64,000 bases of DNA from Mobula hypostoma (taxonomy: Eukaryota): the NCBI RefSeq assembly GCF_963921235.1, contig NC_086097.1, forward strand, positions 23,872,001 through 23,936,000, written 5' to 3'. Below, in pieces: positions 37,053-46,394 of the stretch. Below the pieces are notes generated by a model. That model made no database searches and was not told the DNA's origin. It saw nothing but the letters and a program-made list of their open reading frames with translations. Position numbers and translations under genes: made by a program. How positions within the stretch are numbered: the stretch's first letter is position 1; each line of letters starts with the position of its first letter.

Positions 37053-38172
37053 TCAGTGATGCAGAATCAGAAAGGATAGCAAATACGATACTCAGGGTGT
37101 TGTATCTAAATGTGCGTAGTATAAGAAAGAAGGTGGATGATCTTGTTGCACTATTACATATTGCCAGGTATGATGTTGTGGCCATCACTGAATCGTGGCT
37201 GATGGATGGTTGTAGCTGGGAGCTGAATGTCCAAGGTTACACGTTATATCGCAGGGACAGGAAGGTAGGCAGTGGGGGTGGTTTGGCTCTACTGGTAAAG
37301 AATGGCATCAAATCAGTAGAAAGATGTGATATAGGATCAGAATCCTTGTGGGTTGAGTTAAGAAACTGCAAGGGTAAAAGGATGTTGATGGCAGTTATAT
37401 ACAGGCCTCCCAACAGTGGCTGAGAGGTCGGCCGCAGGTTACAACAGGAAATAGAAAAGGCGAGTCAAAAGGGCAATGTTTTGGTCATCATAGGAGATTT
37501 TAACATGCAGGCTCATTGGGAAAATCAGGTTGGGAATGGATCTGAAGAGAGTGAGTTTTGTTGAATGCTAAGAGGTAGCTCTTCAGAGCAGTTTGTCGTT
37601 GAGCCGACTAGGGGAGCAGCTATACTGGATTGAATGTTGTGTAATGAACCGGAGGTGATTAGGGAGCTTAAGGTAAAAGAACCCTTAGGAGACAGTGATC
37701 ACAATATGATTGTGTTCAACTTGAAATCTGATAGGGAGAAAGTGAAGTCTAATGCGGCAGTATTTCATTAGAGTGAGGGAAATTACAGTGGTACGAGAGA
37801 AGAGTTGGCCAAAGTAAATTGGAAGGAGCTGCTGGCAGGGATGTTAGCAGAGCAGCAATGGCATGCATTTCTGGGAAAAAATGAGGATAAGTACAGGACG
37901 TGTATTATAAAACTGAAGAAATACCCAAATGGTAAAATAGTACAACTGTGGCTGACAAGGGAAGTCAAAGCCATTGTAAAAGCAAAAGAAAGGGCATACA
38001 GCAAAGCAAAAATTAGTGGGAAAATAGAGGATTGGGAAGCTTTTAAAAACCTACAGAGAGCAACTAAAAAATCATTAGAAGGAAAAAGATGAAATATGAA
38101 AGCAATCTAGCAAATAATATCAAAGTGGATAGTAAAAGTTTTTAATTCAAGTATGTTAAAAATATAAGAGAA

Positions 38173-41055
38173 ATGAGAGTGGATATAGGACCACTAGAAA
38201 ATGAGGCAGGAGAAATAATAGTGGGGGACAAGGAGATGGCTGATGAACTAAATGAGTATTTTGCATCAGTCTTCACTGTTGAAGACACTAGCAGTATGCC
38301 TGATGTTGTAGTGTGTGAAGGAAGAGAAGTGGGTGCAGTTACTGTTACAAGAGAGAAGGTGCTAAAAAAGCTGAAAGACCTAAAGGTACTTAGGTCACCC
38401 AGACCAGAGGAACTGCACCTTAGGGTTCTGAAAGACGTAGCATTAAAGATTGTGGTGGCATTTGAAATGATTAACGCAATAGAAAGGAAGGACATAAGCC
38501 GGGAAGATGTGGAATCGATATGGGTAGAGCTGCGTAACACTAAGGGGCAGAAGACGCTGGTGGGAGTTGTGTACAGGCCACCTAACAGTAGTAGTGAGGT
38601 CGGAGATGGTATTAAACAGGAAATTAGAAATGTGTGCAATAAAGGAACAGCAGTTATAATGGGTGACTTCAATCTACATGTAGATTGGGTGAACCAAATT
38701 GGTAAAGGTGCTGAGGAAGAGGATTTCTTGGAATGTATGCGGGATGGTTTTTTGAACCAACATGTCGAGGAACCGACTAGAGAGCAGGCTATTCTGGACT
38801 GGGTTTTGAGCAATGAGGAAGGGTTAATTAGCGATCTTGTCGTGAGAGGCCCCTTGGGTAAGAGTGACCATAATATGGTGGAATTCTTCATTAACATGGA
38901 GAGTGACATAGTTAATTCAGAAACAAAGGTTCTGAACTTAAAGAGGGGTAACTTTGAAGGTATGAGTCGTGAATTAGCTAAGATAGACTGGCAAATGACA
39001 CTTAAAGGATTGACGGTGGATATGCAATGGCAGGCATTTAAAGGTTGCATGGATGAACTACAACAATTGTTCATCCCAGTTTGGCAAAAGAATAAATCAA
39101 GGAAGGTAGTGCACTCGTGGCTGACAAGAGAAATTAGGGATAGTATCAATTCCAAAGAAGTAGCATACAAATTAGCCAGAGAAAGTGGCTCACCTGAGGA
39201 CTGGGAGAAATTCAGAGTTCAGCAGAGGAGGACAAAGGGCTTAATTAGGAAGGGGAAAAAAGATTATGAGAGAAAACTGGCAGAGAACATAAAAACGGAC
39301 TGTAAAAGCTTTTATAGATGTGTAAAAAGGAAAAGACTGATAAAGACAAATGTAGGTCCCCTGCAGACAGAAACAGGTGAATTGATTATGGGGAGCAAGG
39401 ACATGGCAGACCAATTGAATAATTATTTTGGTTCTGTCTTCACTAAGGAGGACATAAATAATCTTCCAGAAATAGTAAGGGACAGAGGGTCCAGTGAGAT
39501 GGAGGAACTGAGTGAAATACATGTTAGTAGGGAAGTGGTGTTAGGTAAATTGAAGGGATTGAAGGCAGATAAATCCCCAGGGCCAGATGGTCTGCATCCC
39601 AGAGTGCTTAAGGAAGTAGCCCAAGAAATAGTGGATGCATTAGTGATAATTTTTCAAAACTCGTTAGATTCTGGACTAGTTCCTGAGGATTGGAGGGTGG
39701 CTAATGTAACCCCACTTTTTAAAAAAGGAGGGAGAGAGAAACCGGGGAATTATAGGCCCGTTAGCCTAACGTCGGTGGTGGGGAAACTGCTGGAGTCAGT
39801 TATCAAGGATGTGATAACAGCACATTTGGAAAGCGGTGAAATGATCGGACAAAGTCAGCATGGATTTGTGAAAGGAAAATCATGTCTGACGAATCTCATA
39901 GAATTTTTTGAGGATGTAACTAGTAGAGTGGATAGGGGAGAACCAGTGGATGTGGTATATTTGGATTTTCAAAAGGCTTTTGACAAGGTCCCACACAGGA
40001 GATTAGTGTGCAAACTTAAAGCACACGGTATTGGGGGTAAGGTATTGGTGTGGGTGGAGAATTGGTTAGCAGACAGGAAGCAAAGAGTGGGAATAAACGG
40101 GACCTTTTCAGAATGGCAGGCGGTGACTAGTGGGGTACCGCAAGGCTCAGTGCTGGGACCCCAGTTGTTTACAATATATATTAATGACTTGGATGAGGGA
40201 ATTAAATGCAGCATCTCCAAGTTTGCGGATGACACGAAGCTGGGTGGCAGTGTTAGCAGTGAGGAGGATGCTAAGAGGATGCAGGGTGACTTGGATAGGT
40301 TGGGTGAGTGGGCAAACTCATGGCAGATGCAATTTAATGTGGATAAATGTGAAGTTATCCACTTTGGTGGCAAAAATAGGAAAACAGATTATTATCTGAA
40401 TGGTGGCCGATTAGGAAAAGGGGAGGTGCAACGAGACCTGGGTGTCATTATACACCAGTCATTGAAAGTGGGCATGCAGGTACAGCAGGCGGTGAAAAAG
40501 GCGAACGGTATGCTGGCATTTATAGCGAGAGGATTCGAGTACAGGAGCAGGGAGGTACTACTGCAGTTGTACAAGGCCTTGGTGAGACCACACCTGGAGT
40601 ATTGTGTGCAGTTTTGGTCCCCTAATCTGAGGAAAGACATCTTTGCCATAGAGGGAGTACAAAGAAAGTTCACCAGATTGATTCCTGGGATGGCAGGTCT
40701 TTCATATGAAGAAAGACTGGATGAACTGGGCTTGTACTCGTTGGAATTTAGAAGATTGAGGGGGGATCTGATTGAAACGTATAAGATCCTAAAGGGATTG
40801 GACAGGCTGGATGCGGGAAGATTGTTCCCGATGTTGGGGAGGTCCAGAACGAGGGGTCACAGTTTGAGGATAGAGGGGAAGCCTTTTAGGACCGAGATTA
40901 GGAAAAACTTCTTCACACAGAGAGTGGTGAATCTGCGGAATTCTCTGCCACAGCAAACTGTTGAGGCCAGTTCATTAGCTATGTTTAAAAGGAAGTTAGA
41001 TATGGCCCTTGTGGCTACAGGGGTCAGGGGGTATGGAGGGAAGGCTGGGTTCTGA
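38173..41055 (+). CDS. 960-aa chimeric CR1 ORF2: 100 aa from host A fused to the partial APE endonuclease and RT of element B
   Basis: Motifs VYRPP, MGDFN, LDWVL, SDH, YRPVSLTS, QHGF, YLDFQKAFD, GVPQGSVLGP, FADD; junction at residue 100 (38470-38472); expression unknown. Confidence 0.85.
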   Translation: MRVDIGPLENEAGEIIVGDKEMADELNEYFASVFTVEDTSSMPDVVVCEGREVGAVTVTREKVLKKLKDLKVLRSPRPEELHLRVLKDVALKIVVAFEMINAIERKDISREDVESIWVELRNTKGQKTLVGVVYRPPNSSSEVGDGIKQEIRNVCNKGTAVIMGDFNLHVDWVNQIGKGAEEEDFLECMRDGFLNQHVEEPTREQAILDWVLSNEEGLISDLVVRGPLGKSDHNMVEFFINMESDIVNSETKVLNLKRGNFEGMSRELAKIDWQMTLKGLTVDMQWQAFKGCMDELQQLFIPVWQKNKSRKVVHSWLTREIRDSINSKEVAYKLARESGSPEDWEKFRVQQRRTKGLIRKGKKDYERKLAENIKTDCKSFYRCVKRKRLIKTNVGPLQTETGELIMGSKDMADQLNNYFGSVFTKEDINNLPEIVRDRGSSEMEELSEIHVSREVVLGKLKGLKADKSPGPDGLHPRVLKEVAQEIVDALVIIFQNSLDSGLVPEDWRVANVTPLFKKGGREKPGNYRPVSLTSVVGKLLESVIKDVITAHLESGEMIGQSQHGFVKGKSCLTNLIEFFEDVTSRVDRGEPVDVVYLDFQKAFDKVPHRRLVCKLKAHGIGGKVLVWVENWLADRKQRVGINGTFSEWQAVTSGVPQGSVLGPQLFTIYINDLDEGIKCSISKFADDTKLGGSVSSEEDAKRMQGDLDRLGEWANSWQMQFNVDKCEVIHFGGKNRKTDYYLNGGRLGKGEVQRDLGVIIHQSLKVGMQVQQAVKKANGMLAFIARGFEYRSREVLLQLYKALVRPHLEYCVQFWSPNLRKDIFAIEGVQRKFTRLIPGMAGLSYEERLDELGLYSLEFRRLRGDLIETYKILKGLDRLDAGRLFPMLGRSRTRGHSLRIEGKPFRTEIRKNFFTQRVVNLRNSLPQQTVEASSLAMFKRKLDMALVATGVRGYGGKAGF

Positions 41056-41150
41056 GTTGGATGATCAGCCATGATCATAATAAATGGCGGTGCAGGCTCG
41101 AAGGGCCGAATGGCCTACTCCTGCACCTATTTTCTATGTTTCTATGTTTC
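38472..41150 (+). mobile_element. Young 5'-truncated CR1 LINE (element B) nested in host A
   Basis: Uninterrupted ORF from mid-endonuclease to stop, 3' UTR and (TTTCTATG)n tail at 41131-41152; host A continues directly after. Confidence 0.95.
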
Positions 41151-43375
41151 TAAAAATCATTGGACTCTGGCATGGTGCCAGAAGACTGGAAAATTGCAAA
41201 TGTTACTCCACTCTTTAAGCAAGGAGGAAGGCAGCAGAAAGGAAATTACAGACCAGTTAGCCTGACCTCAGTGATTGGGAAGATGTTGGAGTCAATTGTT
41301 GAGGATGACTTGTGGAGTACTTGGTGACACAGGATAAGACAGTACAAAGTCAGCATGGTATCCTTCAGGGAAAATCCTGCCTGATGAGCTGTTGGAATTC
41401 TTTGAGGAGATTACAAGTAGGATAGATAAAGGGGATGCAGTGAATATTGTTTATTTGGATGAGCATTGGCTGATTGGTAGGAGGCAGTGAGTGAGAATAA
41501 AAGGATCCTTTTCTGGTTGGCTGTCAGCGACTAGTGGTGTTCCACAGGTGTCAGTGTTGGAACCACTTCTTTTTATGTTGTACATAAATGACTTAGATGA
41601 TGGAATAGATGGCTTTGTTGCTAAGTTTGCAGATGATACGAAGATTGCTGGAGAGGCAGGTAATGTTGAGGAAGCAGGTAGGCTGCAGAAGGACTTAGAC
41701 CAATTAGGAGAATGGGCAAGAAAGTGGCAAATGAAGTACAATGTTGGAAAATGTATGATCATGCACTTTGATAGTAGAAATAAATGTGCGGACTATTTTC
41801 TAAATTGGGAGAAAATCCAGGAATCTGAGATGCAGAGGGATTTGGGATTTCTTGTGCAGAACACCCTGAAGGTTAACTTTCAGGTTGAGTCAGTGGTGAG
41901 GAAGGCAAATGCCATGTTAGCATTCATTTCAAGAGGTCTAGAATACAAGAGCAAGGATGTGATGTGAGGCTTTATAAGCCACTGGTGAGACCCCACCTTG
42001 AGTATTGTGAACAGTTTTGGGCCCCTCATTTTAGAAAAGATGTGCTGGCAGTGGAGAGGGTCTAGAGGAGGTTCACAAGGATGATTCCAGGAAAGAAAGG
42101 GTAATCATATGAGGAACATTTGATAGCTCTGGGTCTGTACTCGCCGGAATTCAGAAGGATGAGGAGGGATTTCATTGAAACCTTTCGAATGTTGAAAGGC
42201 CTAGAGAGAGTAGAGGTGGAAAGAATGTTTCCCATGGTGGGAGAGTCTAGGACAATAGGGCACAGCCTCAGGATAGAGGGGCGCCTTTTCAAAACAGAGA
42301 TGCGGAGAAATTTCTTTAGCCAAAGGATGGTGAACTTGTGGAAGTTGTTGCCACATGCAGCTATGGAGGCCAGGTTGTTGGCAATATTTAAGGCAGAGAT
42401 TGATGGGTTCTTGATTGGACATGGCATCAAAGGTTACGGGGAGAAGGCCAGGAATTGGGGTTGAGGAGGAGATAGAGAAAAAGGATCAGCCACGATTGAA
42501 TGGCAGAGCAGAGTTGATGAGCCAGATGGCCCAAAATAGCTCTCAATACTAAGTTGGATCTTGAGCAACCGGTAAATAAGACAGACACCCAGCAATCAGT
42601 AACACAATCTATTTAAATTTTAATCAGAACCTGAGGGGCACTTTTTTTTCACCCAGAGAGTAGTTCATATATGAAACAAGCTGCCATCGGAAATTGTTGA
42701 GGCTGGTACATATATTAACCCTTTCATTTTCAGGAACATTCCTGTGCACCTCCTCAGGATCCTCTCCAATGACAGCACATCCTCTCTTAGATAATGGGTC
42801 TGAAATTGCTCACGATACTCCCTTCATTTTGCAGGTGCTGAAACGATCAGTAAACTGGATGAAATGACTCCAACTTACCAGCCACAAGGTTAGAATTCCA
42901 CACTGTCTTGTGACTCACAGCCGAAACAATACATAGTAATCACTCATGCAGGAGTGGGTAGAGCAACACGCTGTGAGTTTAATAACACATTCACAAACAA
43001 ACCACCTACATTTTTATTCTGCATCATGTTCCCAGGTTTGCAAAACGGCTCTGTTTGAACACTGTAAGAGATAGACTTGTATGGGAAGAAAATAAACGGT
43101 GTGTCAAATTCCTCCTCAGAGGATTTCTCAGAGAATCGAATTGAAATGAGTGGGGGATGTCAGGGATTTCTTTTGCATAATATTTGGAGCTGCAACATTC
43201 ATTGATGCCGTGGTGAAGAAATTTATCTTTTACCATGTACTGGAAGTGCAATATAGAAGCAGATTTGAATTTATTCCGCTTCGACTGAAATCAATTTAAT
43301 TCAATCTAAGAGCCAGATTACTGTTTGCATAAACTTCTGGTATCGATATACTGGTGATGGAGTGGCATGGTATCG

Positions 43376-43455
43376 TAGTAATAGTAGTAGTGGTAGTAGT
43401 AGTAATAGTAGTAGTGGTAGTAGAAGTAGTAGTCATAGTTATAGTCATAGTCATA
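43376..43455. repeat. (TAG)n microsatellite grading into (GTCATA)n; retroposon tails
   Basis: Seen directly; (TAG)n resumes at 45438-45458. Confidence 0.9.
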
Positions 43456-45437
43456 CTTTATTGATCCCGGGGGGAAATTGGTTTTCGTTACAGTTGCACC
43501 ATAAATAATAAATAGTAATAAAACCATAAATAGTTAAATAGTAATATGTAAATTATGCCAGGAAATAAGTCCAGGACCAGCCTATTGGCTCAGGGTGTCT
43601 GACCCTCCAAGGGAGGAGTTGTAAAGTTTGATGGCCACAGGCAGGAATGACTTCCTATGACGCTCTGTGTTGCATCTCGGTGGAAAGGGTCTGGCTGAAT
43701 AGACATAGACATAGAATAGTACAGCACAGTACAGGCCCTTTGGCCCACAATGTTGTGCCGACCCTCAAACCCTGCCTCCCATATAAGCCCCCACCTTAAA
43801 TTCCTTCATATACCTGTCTAGTAGTCTCTTAAACTTCACTAGTGTATCTGCCTCCACCACTGACTGAGGCAGTGCATTCCACGCACCAACCACTCTCTGA
43901 GTAAAAAACCTTCCTCTAATTTCCCCCTTGAACTTCCCACCCCTTACCTTAAAGCCATGTCCTCTTGTATTGAGCAGTGCTGCCCTGGGGAAGAGGCGCT
44001 GGCTATCCACTCTATCTATTCCTCTTATTATCTTGTACACCTCTATCATGTCTCCTCTCATCCTCCCTCTCTCCAAAGAGTAAAGCCCTAGCTCCCTTAA
44101 TCTTTGATCATAATGCATACTTTCTAAACCAGGCAGCATCCTTGTAAATCTCCTCTGTACCCTTTTCAATGCTTCCACATCCTTCCTATAGTGAGGTGAC
44201 CGGAAATGGACACAGTGCTCCAAGTGTGGCCTAACCAGAGTTTTATAGAGCTCCATCATTACATCGCGACTCTTAAACTCTATCCCTTGACTTATGAAAG
44301 CTAACACTCCATAAGCTTTCTTAACTACTCTATCCACCTGTGAGGCAACTTTCAGAGATCTGTGGACATGTACTCTGAGATCCCTCTGCTCCTCCACACT
44401 ACCAAGTATCCTGCCATTTATTTTGTACTCTGCCTTGGAGTTTGTCCTTACAAAGTGTACCACCTCACACTTCTCCAGGTTGAACTCCATCTGCCACTTC
44501 TCAGCCCACTCCTGCATCCTATCAATGTCTCTCTGCAATCTTTGACAATCCTCTACACTATCTACAACACCACCAACCTTTGTGTCGTCTGCAAACTTGC
44601 CAATCCACCCTTCTACCCCCACATCCAGGTCGTTAATAAAAATCACGAAAAGTAGAGGTCCCAGAACAGATCCTTGTGGGACACCACTAGACACAATCCT
44701 CCAATCTGAATGTACTCCCTCCACCACCACCCTCTGCCTTCTGCAGGCAAGCCAATTCTGAATCCACCTGGCCAAACTTCCCTGGATCCCATGCCTTCTA
44801 ACTTTCTGAATAAGCCTACCATGTGGAACCTTGTCAAATGCCTTACTAAGATCCATATAGATCACATCCACTGCACTACCCTCATCTACATGCCTAGTCA
44901 CCTCCTCAAAGAACCCTATCAGGCTTGTTAGACACCATCTGCCTTTCACAAAGCCATGCTGGCTGTCCCTGATCAGACCATGATTCTCTAAATGCCCATA
45001 GATCCTATCTCTAAGAATCTTTTCCAACAGCTTTCCCACCACAGACGTAAGGCTCACTGGTCTATAATTACCCGGACTATCCCTACTACCTTTTTTGAAC
45101 AAGGAGACAATATTCGCCTCCCTCTAGTCCTCCGGTACCACTCCCATGGACAACGAGGACATAAAGATCCTAGCCAGAGGCTCAGCAATCTCTTCTCTCA
45201 CCTCATGGAGCAGCCTGAATGTACTCCTGTGCCCACCCAGTACATTATGTAGTGGATGGGAGACATTGTCCAAGATGGCATGCAACTTGGACAGCATCCT
45301 CTTTTCAGACACCACAGTCAGAGAGTCCAGTTCCATCCCCACAACATCACTGGCCTTACCAATGAGTTTGTTGATTCTGTTGGTGTCTGCTACCCTCAGC
45401 CTGCTGCCCCAGCACACAACAGCAAACATGATAGCAC
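43432..45437 (-). mobile_element. Rex1/Babar 3' fragment split by a CR1 insertion
   Basis: SAIMFAVVCWGSRL...ILDNVSHPLHNVL (45215-45437) continues as RCNTERHRKSFLPVAIKLYN (43615-43700); (TATGAC)n tail. Confidence 0.9.
43701..45214 (-). mobile_element. CR1 LINE, 5'-truncated, RT nearly intact (445-aa ORF at 43765-45102)
   Basis: NYRPVSLTS, QHGF, GVPQGSVLGP, FADD; direct repeat ctgaat at 43695-43700 and 45215-45220. Confidence 0.95.
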
Positions 45438-45995
45438 TAGTAGTAGTAGTAGTAATAGCCTTCATTGGTCAGAATTGACCATGGATATTGCATCCTAGCT
45501 GTCTAGCTACACAAGTCTGGCCAGTACGATATGGATAGCAAGCGATTGCCCATGTAGCAAGTTCCCCTCACCACACATCTGATGAACCCAAAGGAATGGC
45601 AGGAACCAATACAGTTTGGTACCAGCAGCATCATAGGAGTTCCCAGACTGCCTTAGGGTCTCCAGCTCTGGACTTTTCCCTCAGGATTTACTCTTGTAGC
45701 CTTCCCCATCAGTGGGTATAGCCGCAAGGCAGTGGAGGTTTGAGATCCTAGGTGAGCTAAGTGATGAGCCCCATCTGCCCAGAGCGACTGGTATGAAGGC
45801 GTCAGTAACCCGCCTTTGCCCCTTCTCCCGTCAGTAGAAATAGTTCTGCCAGGCTTAGTAACTAAGCCACACGTGAAGGCCAGGAGCTGGACTCGGTTGT
45901 CCGAGGTTGTTTGAAGCACACGTCATTGGGTATGTTTAATAGGTAGTGGGAGCTTGTCCCCATTACCATCCCCAGTTGTGACAACCTTATGGAAA
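45438..45995 (-). mobile_element. Non-autonomous RTE-related element with a structured 5' end and (CTA)n tail
   Basis: Its 3' ~180 bp aligns with the tail of the SINE at 51515-51700; tail continues at 43376-43431 beyond the nested inserts. Confidence 0.65.
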
Positions 45996-46076
45996 GCAGT
46001 TGGTGCAATCACTTTATGTCGCCAACCATAAGATCAGGGTTTGATTCACTACGCTGTCTTTAAAAAGTTTGTACGT

Positions 46077-46394
46077 AGGCCGGCTGGTGGCGCAATGACA
46101 TCAGTGCCAGACCCGGGAGCGGAGGTTCCCGGGTCCGAAACCAGTCGGGTCCGCTCCCGAGTACGCTTTCCATCCGTGCCGGGTTGAGTGTCGAGAACGC
46201 AAATCAACCTCGCAAAATAAAAGGGAAAAATGCTGTGAAAATATCTGTGTGAGGAGTGGCGTGCCACACAGTCTCTCTCTCGCTCCGCACCTTGTAAAAG
46301 CCATGAAAAAGACATCATCTCGGATGCACATGCACAGACGCGCACGCAGACACACCCGCACAGACTCGCACGCACGCAGGCACGCACCAAAAAA
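46077..46394 (+). mobile_element. Complete tRNA-derived poly(A) SINE inserted in a V-SINE
   Basis: A box tggcgcaatga, B-box-like ggtccgaaacc, A tail; 15-bp TSD aaaaagtttgtacgt at 46062-46076 and 46395-46409. Confidence 0.9.

Larger units (their letters stand above)
36132..42532 (+). mobile_element. Older CR1 LINE (host A): ORF1 C-terminus, APE endonuclease and RT; decayed, interrupted twice
   Basis: ORF1 end LAGRFVRAVGDGLN* (to 36179); EN YLNVRSIRKK..AITESWL..VIYRPP, GDFN, SDH; RT resumes at 41151 (KSLDSGMVPEDWKIANV..GVPQVSVL..FADD); stops, frameshifts and an internal deletion at ~41460. Confidence 0.93.

Noticed and set aside
36470..37188. ORFs resembling DUF1891/ALKBH8-type annotations as a host gene
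   Set aside because: This is the C-terminus of Rex1/Babar ORF2, present in more than ten decayed copies with 3' tails
36983..37423. 146-aa ORF as a novel endonuclease fusion
   Set aside because: It is antisense Rex1 sequence read into the CR1 endonuclease start, uses a non-ATG start and ends at a premature stop
38142..40673. Long minus-strand ORFs (342, 134 and 93 aa)
   Set aside because: Antisense shadows of the intact CR1 ORF2
43318..43527. Tyrosine-rich ORF
   Set aside because: Translation of the (TAG)n/(GTCATA)n microsatellite
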